Source: Hydrolagus colliei
Taxonomy: Eukaryota
Direction: 5' to 3'
DNA: 64,000 nt
Assembly (NCBI GenBank): GCA_035084275.1
Contig: CM068769.1
Location: forward strand, 1,922,001-1,986,000
Part shown: positions 24,987-37,453 of the stretch, piece after piece
How the letters are laid out: the number at the start of each line of letters is the position of its first letter
Numbering within the stretch: the first letter of the stretch is position 1
Program-made: the position numbers and the translations under genes
The notes under the pieces: generated by a model
Database searches by the model: none
Told to the model about the DNA's origin: nothing
What the model saw: only the letters and a program-made list of their open reading frames with translations

Positions 24987-25025
24987 TGTTTTTGACCGGA
25001 ACCCCCATTACACAGAAGCAGTGTG
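24987..25025 (-). other. 23-RSS of V6
   Basis: CACACTG + 23 nt + TCAAAAACA. Confidence 0.8.
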
Positions 25026-25329
25026 GGCTCCATGGCACAGTAACACACAGCAATGTCCCTGATTAGGACTGTGCCAATCCTCAGTTCGAAATGTTCACTC
25101 AATTTATTGGCAGTGGAGGAAAATCGAGCTGGGAAGTCAGGGTTCCTGTGTATGTTAGTCGCCGTCCCCCGAAATGCATACACAGGAGCGTGGCTGGAAG
25201 CTTGTCTGTACCAGAAGAGAGCATACGCATCACTGATTTTCTTGAAGCTGCAGGACAATTTCACATCTGGTGCCTCTAGAATCGATATTTGAGTCATCGA
25301 TTCTTTCCCCATTTTCTGCAGGCTGCTTC
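25026..25329 (-). CDS. TRAV: TCR V exon V6, open frame; leader not confidently found
   Basis: VKLSC23SF...LFW41YRQ...ARFSSTANK...DIAVCYC104AMEP; acceptor cacag at 25330-25331. Confidence 0.85.
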
Positions 25330-26019
25330 CTGTGATTGAAATCGACAAGGTTATTGAGGAGCAAGTTTGTATTACATAGGGATCCTGCTGCTCGCTGGTT
25401 AGAACACAAGCCACATGAGAGAGTAGAGCCGGATTCGAATCCTGGGAAGTGCAATACCTCAGCTAAATTGATTTACTCCTCATGACTCTGTGATCCTATT
25501 AGTAACTAGACATCCATGTGTTAGTGGATTGCTACTCTGGAGCTAATCGTTCATCAATATCAAGCAATAGAACTGATATTATTAATATTAATAACATTAG
25601 TATTAATAATATTAATTTCGTCACTGAATCCGTGAAGGGATTTTGGGGCACAGTTGAGCGAAATTGCCTGTCACTTTGCACCCCGAGAATTCATTGGCAA
25701 TTCGTTTTACAGTACGTTGTGGGGCGCTTCGAGACGTCTCAAATTTGTGACGAAGCATTTTATGAATCTCAACTATCATAGCTATTATTAATATTTTGTT
25801 CCACTAAAGCTGCTAAAGCAAATTTTGATCTAATAAAGCAGATATTGAGGCAAAATAGTGAAGTTATAAGAAGGTTACGTAAGAGAAAGTGTGCTGAGAG
25901 TTACTGAGAGCACAGCGCACTTCCCCCACAGGAGCGTCTTAATCCCATGTCTGACATTAACTCTCCAACATGTGGCTGTTTGTATAGTGAATGTGGATGA
26001 AATGTACAGACATTCACTC

Positions 26020-26240
26020 ACTGCCCCGCCCATATGGAAACACGCCCACATTGACAACGCTCCGCCCACACAGTGCCCCGCCCACACAATGCCACGCCCA
26101 CACAGAGTATCGCCTAGACAGAGCCCCGCCCACACACAGCCCCGCCCACACTGTGCCCCGCCCACATTTAGCCTTGCCCACGAAGGGCCCCGGGCACAGA
26201 GAGCCCCGCCCACAAGGGGACCCGCCCATTCAGTCACAGT
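26020..26240 (+). repeat. Tandem GC-box minisatellite (about 10 x CCCCGCCCA-like)
   Basis: Repeated gccccgcccacac units at roughly 18-bp spacing. Confidence 0.8.
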
Positions 26241-26736
26241 CATTCCCAAACAAAGCTCCTCCCACATAAATGAGTTGGACACCACCATAAACCTCCTCCC
26301 AGGTCATATTCTGTTTTGGTGCGAAGCGTCTTGTTCACCTGCGTTTTACACAGGGACACTCGTGGATACTCGATCCTGGAAACCTGGATTAGGGCTATAG
26401 TTGCAGTTTCTCAGGAATATAGATGAGTTAAAGGTAATTTCATACAAAACTTTAAAATTCTTATTTGCCGCTAAATGCTACAGCCAATACCGCACACCTG
26501 CGTCACACAAGTGGCTTGGATCGGAGAGGAACAACTTCTTCAACGCAATTGTTATCCCCAGGATAGCGATTCGGTCAATCGATCAAAAATCGGGATCCTC
26601 CATATCTCAATGCAAATAGGTGTGTGTGGAGTAAGGAAGGCGGTTTGCTGAGTGTTTCACCCTGCGGCGATTCCAGCTCAGGTGCTCTTGTTTCCAAAGC
26701 AGGTGCTCTAACCATTGAGCTGCAATAAGCCCAGCA

Positions 26737-26775
26737 TGTTTTTGTACAGGCCCTTCGTAAACACACATCACTGTG
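26737..26775 (-). other. Canonical 23-RSS of V7
   Basis: CACAGTG + 23 nt + ACAAAAACA. Confidence 0.92.
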
Positions 26776-27049
26776 CTCTCCGCACAGAAGTAAGTGGCAG
26801 AATCAGACACTCTCACGTCTCGGATCGATAACGTGCTATTTTTTCCAACAGTCAAAGCATTTGTCCTCTCCTTCGGCTTCACCTCTCTTGATCCCAATAC
26901 TAGTAATTGGATAGAGCCGTTTCCATACTGTTTGTACCATTGAAAGTTTGGGCCGCTCGCACTTGTGCTGCACTCTATAGATGCATTTCCATTTTCAGTC
27001 CCATTCATGGATAGTGGTCTCTGTGTCACTTCGTTGTAAGCCAACACAC
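26776..27049 (-). CDS. TRAV: TCR V exon V7 (family B), apparently functional
   Basis: NEVTQRP...IEC23ST...FQW41YKQ...DSATYFC104AE; in frame with the leader. Confidence 0.92.
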
Positions 27050-27161
27050 CTGGGGGAACAGACGTGGACATTATAGCAAAGAAACTTTGAACAAATCTGC
27101 AACAAAAATTTAATTAATAGGAAAACAGGAATGTATTTGTCCGAACTGGGACTCTACTTAC

Positions 27162-27213
27162 AGAAGATCAGAATCATTAAATTAATAATAATATGCATTG
27201 CGGTGTAGCATGG
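27162..27213 (-). CDS. Leader exon of V7
   Basis: MLHRNAYIIIINLMILIF+T|GTAAGT, phase 1. Confidence 0.85.
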
Positions 27214-28859
27214 CTTCATTCTTAATCCCCGACGTGTCAAGTCAAAATCTGTCAGGGAATTGCAACGGGAAATCATCCAAAGCTTGACAAACGTTTATGA
27301 ATATTTGTCGAATGCTTTTAGCTGTGCAGTATTATAACTTTATTATGTGTGACGGCTTCAATGACATCTAACTTCCGGTATGTTGGCTTGTGCTATATTC
27401 ATTCGTTAATCGACTATCATTAGGGTACACACTTACAGCTGGTAAACGACAGTCATGTCTGTGGATGAAGAAAACGCACCCAATGGTCCTACCTGCTCGA
27501 AAGTTGACACTCGTCTTCTTAAGCGTTCCAACCATTAAAGTAAAGGATATCTCCTTGATTGATTCCAAGGTAGCAGGGAACTAGATTGGAGGGCAATAGA
27601 CAGCTGGACAACTGAAGTGGAGGTGTTGTGAAGAATCGACAATTTGGGCTGATCTCCTCTGCATAAGTTCTGCCGATGAGCCAGGTCGGGCTGTGTTGTT
27701 ATCAGCAGTGGGAACCACTGGGAAGAATTCTGACAATGTTTTACCAACCTACAGATCAACTCTGCTTATAGAGGTTCTTATCTGCTAAATGAGGACAAGA
27801 GATTTTACTCTGAAGATAGTGAGAAGTTACACAGTGTTTCACCGCCATCCGGCGGTATTAAACTGGTACTGCAAATTATTATTGTTAAATTGAACACAAA
27901 AAGGAGGCCATTCGGCCCATTGAGTGGGTGCCGTCTTTTTGAAAAGAGCAATTCAATCCCATTCACCTGTTCTCTCCACATAACCGCGCAAACCCGTACT
28001 CCACAAATAAATGTATACCTGATAGATGTTGATCAGAAATCAGATCTGAGAATGTCGCAGGTGGTTTGGGAGTGCAGTCGCGGGTTGGTTGGGAGTTATG
28101 AAGGATTCTGACAATGTGCTACCAAGCTGCAGATCAGGGCTGGTCAAACTTTCTCTCCTCAGCTCAAGGAAAACAAACGATTTCACGTGTGGGCAGTTGC
28201 ACAGCGCATAGCCACCATCTGGCGGTAGTAAAGCAGTAATGCGGAAATGTTATCGTTAATTGAACAAACAATAACTGCACAAAAGTATCAGGGGAGGTGA
28301 ACAAAAAGGGAATTCGATTCTCGGCTTTAAGTCTCACTAAAATTTGACAGTATTAAACTGACCTGAGGCGCAAAGCAATAATAATTATCATTGCATTTCA
28401 TATAAATGTTTCCACGGTCTGCAGATATATTGTGGGAAGCTCACGTAATTTACTATCAAGTGAATTAACCGTACATTTGTGGTGAAATCTGACAGAGAAT
28501 TGAACACAGCAGATCACCACAAAGATTTATGAATCGAAGTGACCAATTCATAAATTTTGTTATAATGAATACAAGTAATGTCCTGGGATTCAATTGGGAC
28601 ATGATTAATTAGACAACAACGTGATAACTAATGAAGATGTATTGGATCTTTACAATTGGATCTTTACAATAGAACACTGAGAAGAAACTAAAAACGTGAT
28701 TCTACGTAAACTTGGATGAAGAAACCCATACTGTTTGCGTTTTGTTCATGAAAAATGAATAATATCTGAATTGAATATACATGGAGCTGTAATACCGCAT
28801 TCAGCCACTGGCCAGTTACTGTTTTGTGAACACAAGGAATGAATACAGTGACACACCTC

Positions 28860-29069
28860 CAACGAAATACGCAGCCGTAAAGTCTGCGTATTTCAGCTTC
28901 TTCCTGGTTGATGTTCTGAGGGTATATTCTGGTGGGTAGTTGGCGTATCGTAGATACCAAAGCAAATATGGATTGTAGCTGTATTATTACACTGCAGATA
29001 CACACTCTCCCCTTTCACTCCCTGTCACAGTCGCTGGGAGCTGTGTCACCGAGTCTCCTCCACAATATC
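28860..29069 (-). pseudogene. TRAV: 3'-truncated TCR V pseudogene V8 (family A)
   Basis: GYCGGDSVTQLP, frameshift, LLWYLRY...YADFT, then homology to V5 stops; no C104 and no RSS. Confidence 0.85.
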
Positions 29070-29675
29070 CTGGGAAACACAAACACATCAGCATCGAATG
29101 CAATAATGATATAAACATAATTGTGTTTGATACCGCATCGTATAGATTGATCGTGGCATCTCCATGCGTTTCAAAGACTATACATTGACTCAATTGTGTG
29201 GGTGAGAGCGGCAGGCATTTGAATGCATCATTCCAGCACAAACCGTCATGGAATAATAATACTAATCCTTGCATTTGATATTGCGCTCTTCGCGTCTTGG
29301 AGACGTCTCACAGTGTTTCCCAGGATACACTTTGAAGTGAATTGACTATATTTTCATCAGTAGCTGCATTTTCCAAGAGATCAATAGCGTAGCAATGTGA
29401 TCTGCCAATCGATTAAATAATCGGGTGCCTACTCACTGTTCGATAAGCAGATATATATGTGGGTCTGTGGAAAAAGTACACTTGCAGTTTCGCCCTGTCC
29501 CACCGGGAATCGAACACAGATCCTTCAGCATGCGAGGCGAATGTTCTAACCACGAGCCACAGGACACCACGTACACACAAGTGGTATAGTGTATTAGTTA
29601 TTCCATTCAATAAAACGTTGGCATTGGAGAACATGTAAAGAAATTGCATCCATACGGAGTTAGTTTTTGGCTTAC

Positions 29676-29721
29676 CTGAGAAGGTAACGTTGGCGGCTGC
29701 CACATAAATGTACATTGTCAT
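29676..29721 (-). CDS. Leader exon of V8
   Basis: MTMYIYVAAANVTFS+G|GTAAGC. Confidence 0.82.
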
Positions 29722-30474
29722 CTGTGTTAATGCCATCGTGTGTTTAGAAGGCGCTGGTGGTTTCGTGGAAGAAAGTTGGCTGGGAAGCAGTAAGATACCG
29801 TTAGGAGGGCTGAACAGGCAATGACATAAACTGGTTGCCATACATTGTGAGTGAGCACGACTGAGGGTTATGTGCAACCTTTGTGTCTCTGTCATTGTGC
29901 TTCATCTTCACTGCTCTGCCATCTCGCTCCTTCATTGGTTCTCCTCCAACATTGACATGCCTTTGATCAATTGGATGGCAGAAACCTGCAGCAAGACAGA
30001 TCGATAGATGCATTACACGTCGTCTTAACACATACATGAGTTCCACACATCTGAACTATCTGTTGACTGCTGTAGTTTAATGGTATCAACACTCGCCTTA
30101 CAAGCACCTTGCCTGCGTTTTGTGCCTTTCAGGGAGACACATTGGTCAAGTTTACTTACTCTACACACCGACGTCGGTTTACCGAGAGTAAGTAGGAATA
30201 CGGTTGATAGTCGATTAAAGAGCAACATTCCTGGGAAATAATCTCTCCTAGCATAGGGATCTATATCCGCTTCTGTTTCCAGGTCAACGCTGTGCAGCAA
30301 TGGATGCCTCGTTTCGCTTGGAAAATGCGCAGTAACCACGTTTTAAAGTTTACACTGCGAATCGATGTAAAAATATGATTGTATTCCAAAAACGGTAGGA
30401 GAAGGTGCTCAAATGAACTCCAACAGTGTGTGTGTATAGGGTTCGAAAACTCCTTTACGTGTGTTGATCCCGGT

Positions 30475-30690
30475 CCTCACATCAAAAGCACACCACAACC
30501 ACGCACCACCTTACATTCGTGACTTCCTATCACTCCTATCTCCTTGCCAACCTTCCCGACTTCTTAGCTCGGCTGGCTCTGACCTGCTCCACGTCCCCCG
30601 ACACACCCGCCGAACCATTAGTGGGCGAGCCTTCAACCACTCTGCCGCCAACCTCTGTAACTCCATCCCGAATTCATTCCGCCACAGTTT
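30475..30690 (+). mobile_element. L2 LINE ORF2 3' fragment
   Basis: HNHAPPYIRDFL...DLLHVP...GRAFNHSAANLCNSIP resembles the L2 C-terminal LLxVP...GxRAF...LWNSLP motif. Confidence 0.7.
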
Positions 30691-30798
30691 GTACTGAGAA
30701 GTGAATTGACTGTACGCGCTTCTGTATAACTGTGGCAACCCAATCCCTCTATGTGGCAACCCTTGTGCTCTACCCATTGAGCTGCAGTCACCTCAGCA

Positions 30799-31112
30799 TG
30801 TTTTCGTACAGTTCCTTTGTAAACACACAATACTGTACTCTCCGTACAGAAGTAAGTGGCGGAGTCAGACACTCGCACTACTCGGATCGACAAGGTGCTG
30901 TTTTTTTCCAACAGTCAAAGCAATTTCCCTCTGCTTCCCGTACTTCTCTCTCGTTCCCAACAGAAAGTAATTAATGCAGCCATTTACACGTTGTTTACAC
31001 ATGTGAAAGCTTTGAAGATTCACAGAGGTGCTGAACTCCATAGATACATTTCCATTTTCATTCTCTGTCAGAGCCTTCTGTGTCTGTGACACTTCGCTTG
31101 CAGCCAAGACAC
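30799..31112 (-). pseudogene. TRAV: TCR V pseudogene V9 (family B) with dead RSS
   Basis: C23 to F, W41 lost, frameshift before STLSIRVVRVSDSATYFCTE; RSS TACAGTA + 23 + ACGAAAACA (30799-30837). Confidence 0.88.
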
Positions 31113-31519
31113 CTGCTGAAATAGAACATTCTTGGATAGTGATTCATAAAACGTCTTTTTTTTTTTTTTTTAATTATGTATCAGGAAAATCAAGATGTGT
31201 GTGTGCAATCTGATAATCTACTGACACAATATTGTTGTAATTAAATGAAAAATAATTTATGGTGCTTTGAAATCCTGCTTCATTCTCAAGTCTTCTATTC
31301 GCGACAAAATGTCTGATTGATGTACAGCGGGAAATCAGCTACAGGCTGATCAATGTTTACAAATGTCTGTGGAACGCATTTAATCGTGTAGATTATAAGT
31401 GTATTCTCGGTGACGCCTTCACACTCTTCTCACTTCCTGTATATTTTCGTATGAAGGATTCGTTCCCAAATTGGCTATCTACTTGATGTTGGTTAGCGGA
31501 AGTTTGCATGTGTATGAAG

Positions 31520-32980
31520 TAGGGAACGGCGATATGGGAATTTTCCGGTTATGGATATATCGGTTGGCTCATACCCAGATATACCGAAATATCGATATTT
31601 TTCGTTTGTTCGTAATACGCATCCGGGTGCGCGCGCATTCGGTGCCTATTTTCTCAGAGGGTAAATATCTTTCTCTCTCTGTGTCTCTCACTCTCTCCAT
31701 CTCAGTGTTTTTCTGTCTGTATCTCTCTATGTCTCTCTCCTTCTCTCGTCTCTCACATCCCACCACCCCCCCCAATCTCTATCTATCTGTATATTATCAC
31801 ATCCACCCTGTGTCTCCCCCCCCCCCCCCGCCCCCGGCGTCCCTCTCTCTCCCCCACCACCCCCGTCGTCTCTCTCCCCCACCACCCCCCAGCCGTCTCT
31901 TTCTCCCTCCACCCCCACGCCGTCTCTCTCTCTCTCCCCCCCAGCCGTCTCTCTCCCCCTCCCCCCAGCCGTCTCTGTCCCCCTCCCCCCAGCCGACTTA
32001 CTCCCCCTCTCCTCCCCCCCCCCCCCTCCAGGCTTCTCTCTCCCCATCTCTCCCCACCCAGCCGTCTCTCTCCCACTAACCCCCCAGCCATCTCTCTCCC
32101 CGTCTCCCACCCAGTCATCTCTCTCGCCCTCTCACCCCCAGCCGTCTCTCCCACTCTCCCGCCACCCAGCCGTCACTCTCCCCTCTCCCCCCCAGCTGTC
32201 TCTCCCCCTCTCCTCCCCCCCCAGCCGACTCACTCCCCATCTCCCCCCTAGCCGTCTATCTCCTCCCCCCCCACCGCCGTCTCTCTCTCCCTCCCCCCCA
32301 GCCGTCTCTCTCCCCCTCCCCCCAGGCGACTCACTCCCCCTCTCCTCACCCCCCCAGCCGTCTATCTCCCCCTCTCCCCCCACCCAGGCGTCTCTCTCCC
32401 CCTATCCCCCCAGCCATCTCTCTCCCCGTCTCCCCCCCAGTCATCTCTCTCGCCCTCTCACCCCTAGCCGTCTATCTCCCCCTCCCCCCAGCCGTCTCTC
32501 TACCCCTCTCCTCCTCCCCCCAGCCGTCTCTCTCCACCTCTCCGCCCCCTCACCCGTCTCTCCCCCTCTCCTCCCCCCCCAGCCTTCTCTCTCCCCCTCT
32601 CCCCCCCAAACCGTCTATCTCCCCCCCCAGCCGTCTATGTCCCCCTCCCGCCAGCCGTATCTCTCCCCCTCACACCCCCAGCCGTCTCTCTCCACCTCAC
32701 CCCCCCCCCCCACCCACAGCCGTCTCTGTCCCCCCATCACTTGCATACCTGTATATTGTATTCGAGCACTATGAATACAAGATGGCGGCAATGCACCTCG
32801 GTCTGTGCATTGTGTATAGAGATGAGCATTCTGGGTCTTGTAGTTGATAGTGCTCGCATCCCTATTTTCCCCTCGATATACAGGTTTTCGATACATCGAT
32901 ATTTTAATGTCTATATCGGCATATCGACATGAAAATAATATCGGGTTTTGGGCGATATACCGATATATCGCCATTCCCTA
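31520..32980. mobile_element. Non-autonomous hAT-like element with internal CCCCCAGCCGTCTCTCT minisatellite
   Basis: TIRs TAGGGAACGGCGAT / ATCGCCATTCCCTA shared with the elements at 35119 and 40566; no matching TSD. Confidence 0.75.
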
Positions 32981-33657
32981 AACCCAGTAAAATATGGTAT
33001 TTTACAAAATCAATTCATGTCGTGAAAATGTTTCCTTCTTTCAATCAAGTTAGCTGGAGTGCGTGATCCTTATTTACTGGAATTGTGTGCATTTTATTTT
33101 CAGGTAAGCATATTATTTGTTTTGAAAATATATATTCACTCAAGTATTATTTTACTGATTGCGGTGTAAAGTGCAGGTCATTGGGTTATTTTGTCGGAAT
33201 CCCCTAGCTTAGTCGTTAGGGGCTCTTGCCTTAAAAGAGCGACACCTCGCTTCGATTCCAGTCAAGACACATGACCAAAAACACAGTCTGATCCACAATC
33301 AAGCAGATCTTGCGACAGATTTCGAACAAAAGGATGAAGAGAGCAAGACAAGCAGGACTGCTGAAGTCCTGCGGTATTAGAATGCCAGGATGCATACTCG
33401 TTGATGATGGGGGGGGGGGGGGGGGGGGGGCGTGGAATAAAAACGTTTCCCAATCAATTTGTAATTTAGATAATTTTTCGCACCTTCTTAAATATTTAAT
33501 ATAATGTTCTCAATTGTTGGATGTGGGTAAAATGCATTTCCACTTTTGGACGCGATGTGGGAACAGAGGTTTGGATATAAGCCTCACAATTGTTGCACAA
33601 ATCATATACATTGCACAAACTACTGCATCATCAGTTACGTTTCCCGACAGCTTTTCC

Positions 33658-34559
33658 TCATTTTTGCGTCAGTGAATATATTAATTTTAACGGATATTTA
33701 GCTGCTTTTTTCAATTCCTCTCTGAATTTCGCCTGGGTTACAGCATAAATACATGTATTAGTGCAGCAACTAAGAAGTAGTAGCATGCATCCAGTTTCAT
33801 ACAAAACATAGACTGGATCATTATTTCCCGAGTAAGAAAAATACTTTGCAATTTGTCTATATATGTAATATACCACGTAAGTCATCCACAAAATTATAAA
33901 ACTCCCTGATATAGCAAACAGTATTACGATGGATTTCCTCCTGTTGATAATCTCAGGATCATTGTTGATTTCAGTATTGTTGGCGAGCAGACTCCTGCGG
34001 ACTCTGTTTGCTGCTAAGATGTGTCTGATGGTCAGAGTGTTGAACACCAAAATCAGAATGAACGCAACACAAGGGGTTAGTAAGGTGTACGACCAGGAAT
34101 AAACTTCCCAGGCAAGCGAATCATAGTAGCTTTCCTTTGTCTTACAGAACCAAGGTAAATTATTAATGGTATACCAAGGCTCATAAGTAAAATACCAGGG
34201 AATGTTTCTGAAACAGCTCAGAGCGCAAACTATTCCTATCACCACAGCCGCTGATCTCTCCGTGCAATATGCTAATTTCAGCCTCTGACAACAGATGGCA
34301 ACAAAGCGATCAAATGTGAAGGCCATTGTGAGCCACACAGAGCAGTCAGCCGCTCAACAGAGCAGAATAGTGCCCAGTGAACATACTGGGGTGATGTCCA
34401 GGAAGCAAACTGGGAAATAAAGATAATTCAGTCGAGTCAATATCACTTCGCTGATAATAACGAGGAGATCGGCCGATGACATGGAAACCAGGTAGAGAGT
34501 GATGCATCTGGAGAGACTGCAATTTCCCCGCAATAGGATCACAATTGCTATTATGTTAA
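33658..34559 (-). pseudogene. GPR139/GPR142-like class A GPCR, exon 2, one in-frame TGA at 34354-34356
   Basis: VNIIAIVIL, ADLL, FTFDRFVAIC, SGSFIILW, CTNTCIYAVTQAKFREEL; acceptor ctacag at 34560-34561. Confidence 0.9.
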
Positions 34560-35118
34560 CTGTAGGGCAGGAAGGGAGAAACAAGTCAGCAAGCGTCCAC
34601 TTTTCCTCAGAAGCATGAAGCTTACACGAATGTATTAACAGTTCAACAACAATAATTGTACTACAAATAATTGATTAATTAACGTCCAATGATTGCCTGA
34701 ACCCGTTCGTTTTTCGAAGTACATCTTCACGCATTGCTTACACACAGAGTCGATGAAATATTAACAACCAATATTTCCAAATTGATTCTCCCATCTAGAA
34801 ATAAAATACCAATTTCTATTCCTACGAACCAAATGCGTTATGCAGAAATTCATATGATTTTAATGTCTAGTCAGCGTTCGCTAAAGCCCATTTTCGGGCT
34901 ATCAACTTACAGTTTTATGGCTCACTGCAACCCAGAGCTAAGTTAGGGCTGTACATTCTGTGGTCTGCTGAAATACTAAACTGAAGTTCTATCTAATTGC
35001 TGATTTAAAAATAATACCATATTATTATTCAAAATGGAACGGAATTCACCTTGTTCTCCTGGCCACGAGCTAAAATTGATCATTTACTCTCCAGCTACCG
35101 CATTCAGCTACAAAATAC

Positions 35119-37453
35119 TAGGGAATGGCGATTAATCGGTTTTTCGATTAAACCCGATATGATTTTCAGATCGGTATGCCGATATGGTGATTCTAAAAAA
35201 AATGTTATATCGAGAGATTCGATTTAAAAAATATACATCGATATATTTTCAATATCGTTCCTGGCAATATATCAATATTGTTGGTATTATCAGTGTAATG
35301 CGATCTTTTCCAGGTTACTTTGTCGCCGGCATTGCAACCTCCTAGATCTAGAGCATGGAATGCGCGTACGTTCGGTGCGCGCGCACATTTATCGGGCGCG
35401 CACATCCGATGCGCACGCACAATTTACTGTGTATACTCGACGTGAATCGTGGCGTCTTAACACAGTCGCATCGCTGAAATTGTAGTTTGAAAATTTACCT
35501 TACTCATCATGGGGAAAAGAAGCCCCATGATGTATGGGACTACTTTGAAAACAATGCAGTCAGTAATGGTGTGTATAGATGTACAGTTTGCAAGGTCTTG
35601 CTTAAGACATCTGATTCGAGCACGAGCAACCTGCGACATCACATTAAGCAGCACCACCCAGCCCAGTACGCTGCGTGGTTAGTTCAGAGCGAAATAGTTG
35701 TCGACAACAGCAGGAAGTCGAATCAGCGCTTCGGAGAAAGCGAAAGGTAGTGCTGCCAGTGAAGCTCAAACAATTCCTGCTTTATTTACGAGGAGAACAT
35801 TGTACCAGAGAGGGGACAAAAAGTGGCAAAGTATCACGAACGCTGTCACTTTTGCATAGCAAAGGAGAGCTTGCCAATGGCGAAGGACATTAATTCAGAC
35901 TTCAGGCTACATAAAAATAAGTGGCATTTTGTGGCTGTAAGTGTTATTTTTGTGTGTGAGAGAGTTAGAAGCCAGATTATCACTGCTTCTATGTGTGTTT
36001 CTGACCAGACACACATAGAAGCAGTGATAATCTGTCTTCTAAATCCAACAGTCAGTCTGTCTGTCTCTCTCTTTTCTATTGTGATAGATCTCATTTACAC
36101 GTGGACATTACATGCTACTTTAAAGCAAGAAATGGAGAAGAATAAATCTCTAGATTTTGTTTTTCGTGTGTGTGTGTTCTATTTTGTGTTTAGAGATGGA
36201 TGGAGAGAAGGAGAGGGGGAAAGTTGGGAGAGAATGAGAGAGGAAGAGAGGAGAGGGAGGGAGAGAATTAGAGGGGGAAAGGAGGGCGAGAAGGAGCGAG
36301 GGGAAAGGAGGGAGAGAAGGAGTGATGCGAGGGGGGGGCGGGAGAGAAGGAGAGGGGGAAAGTTGGGAGAGATGGAGAGAGGAAGAGAGAAGAGGGAGGG
36401 AGAGAAGGAGAGGGTGAAAGGAGGGAGAGATGGAGCGAGGGGAAAGGAGGGAGAGAAGGAGAGAGGGGAGGGAGGGAGAGGGGGAAAGTTGGGAGAGAAG
36501 GAGAGAGGAAGAGAGGAGAGGGAGGGAGAGAAGGAGAGGGGGAAAGGAGGGAGAGAAGGAGCGAGGGGAAAGGAGGGAGAGACGGAGAGAGGGGAGGGAG
36601 AGAAGGAGAGAGGAAGAGAGGAGAGGGAGTTAGAGAAGGAGAGGGGGAAAGGAGGGAGAGTAGGAGCGAGGGGAAAGGAGGGAGAGAAGTAGAGAGGAAG
36701 AGATGAGAGGGAGGGAGAGAAGGAGAGGGGGAAAGGAGTGAGAGAAGGAGCGAGAGGAAAGGAGTGAGAGAAGGAGAGAGGGGAGGGAGGGAGAAAGTTG
36801 GGAGAGACGGAGAGAGGAAGAGAGGAGAGGGAGGGAGAGAAGGAGAGGGGAAAGGAGGGCGAGAAGGAGCGAGGGGAAAGGAGGGAGAGAAGTAGAGAGG
36901 AAGAGATGAGAGGGAGGGAGGGAGAGAAGGAGAGGGGGAAAGGAGGGAGAGAGGGGAGGGAGGGAGGGACAGAAGGAGAGATGGGAGGGAGTGAAGGAGA
37001 GAGGGGAGGGAGGTAGGGAGAGAAGGAGAGTGGGGAGGGAGGGAGGGAGAGAGGGAAAGGAGGGAGGGAAGGAGAGAGGAGAGGAGGGAGAGAAGGAGAG
37101 GGTGAGGTAGGGAGCAAACAACATCGTATAATTCAACAGACCATGACACGAACATTACAAACTTTCTGTACCTATAGCACGCATTTCGAAATGTGCGTGC
37201 AACGCGACTGCGCGCACGCACATTTCGCGTTGTGCGCGCACGCACAACGCGACTGCGCATCGTCATTGCAGACGCACCGTCAATGCGCGCGCACCGCGAC
37301 TGAACGCGCACCATAAATGCGCGCGTGCCATCAATGCACGCGCACTTCGAATACACGCGCATGCGCAGTATAAAAACTCGATAGATCGGTTTAAGCAGGT
37401 ATGAGCAAACCGATATATCCATATCCGGAAAAATCCCATATCGCCGTTCCCTA
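35119..37453 (+). mobile_element. hAT transposon derivative carrying a BED zinc finger and the start of the transposase; internal GA-rich array
   Basis: 14-bp TIRs, perfect 8-bp TSD CAAAATAC (35111-35118 / 37454-37461), WDYF...CTVC...TSNLRHHIKQHH, TNAVTFCIAKESLP. Confidence 0.92.

Noticed and set aside
28800-28850. Possible RSS after V8 (CACTGTA...ACAAAACAG)
   Set aside because: Spacer is about 16 nt, the heptamer is non-consensus and there is no C104 upstream
36179-37422. Long Pro/Ser/Leu- or Glu/Arg/Gly-rich ORFs (also 40580-41287, 31471-32383)
   Set aside because: Translations of GA/CT minisatellites inside transposons; absence of stops follows from base composition
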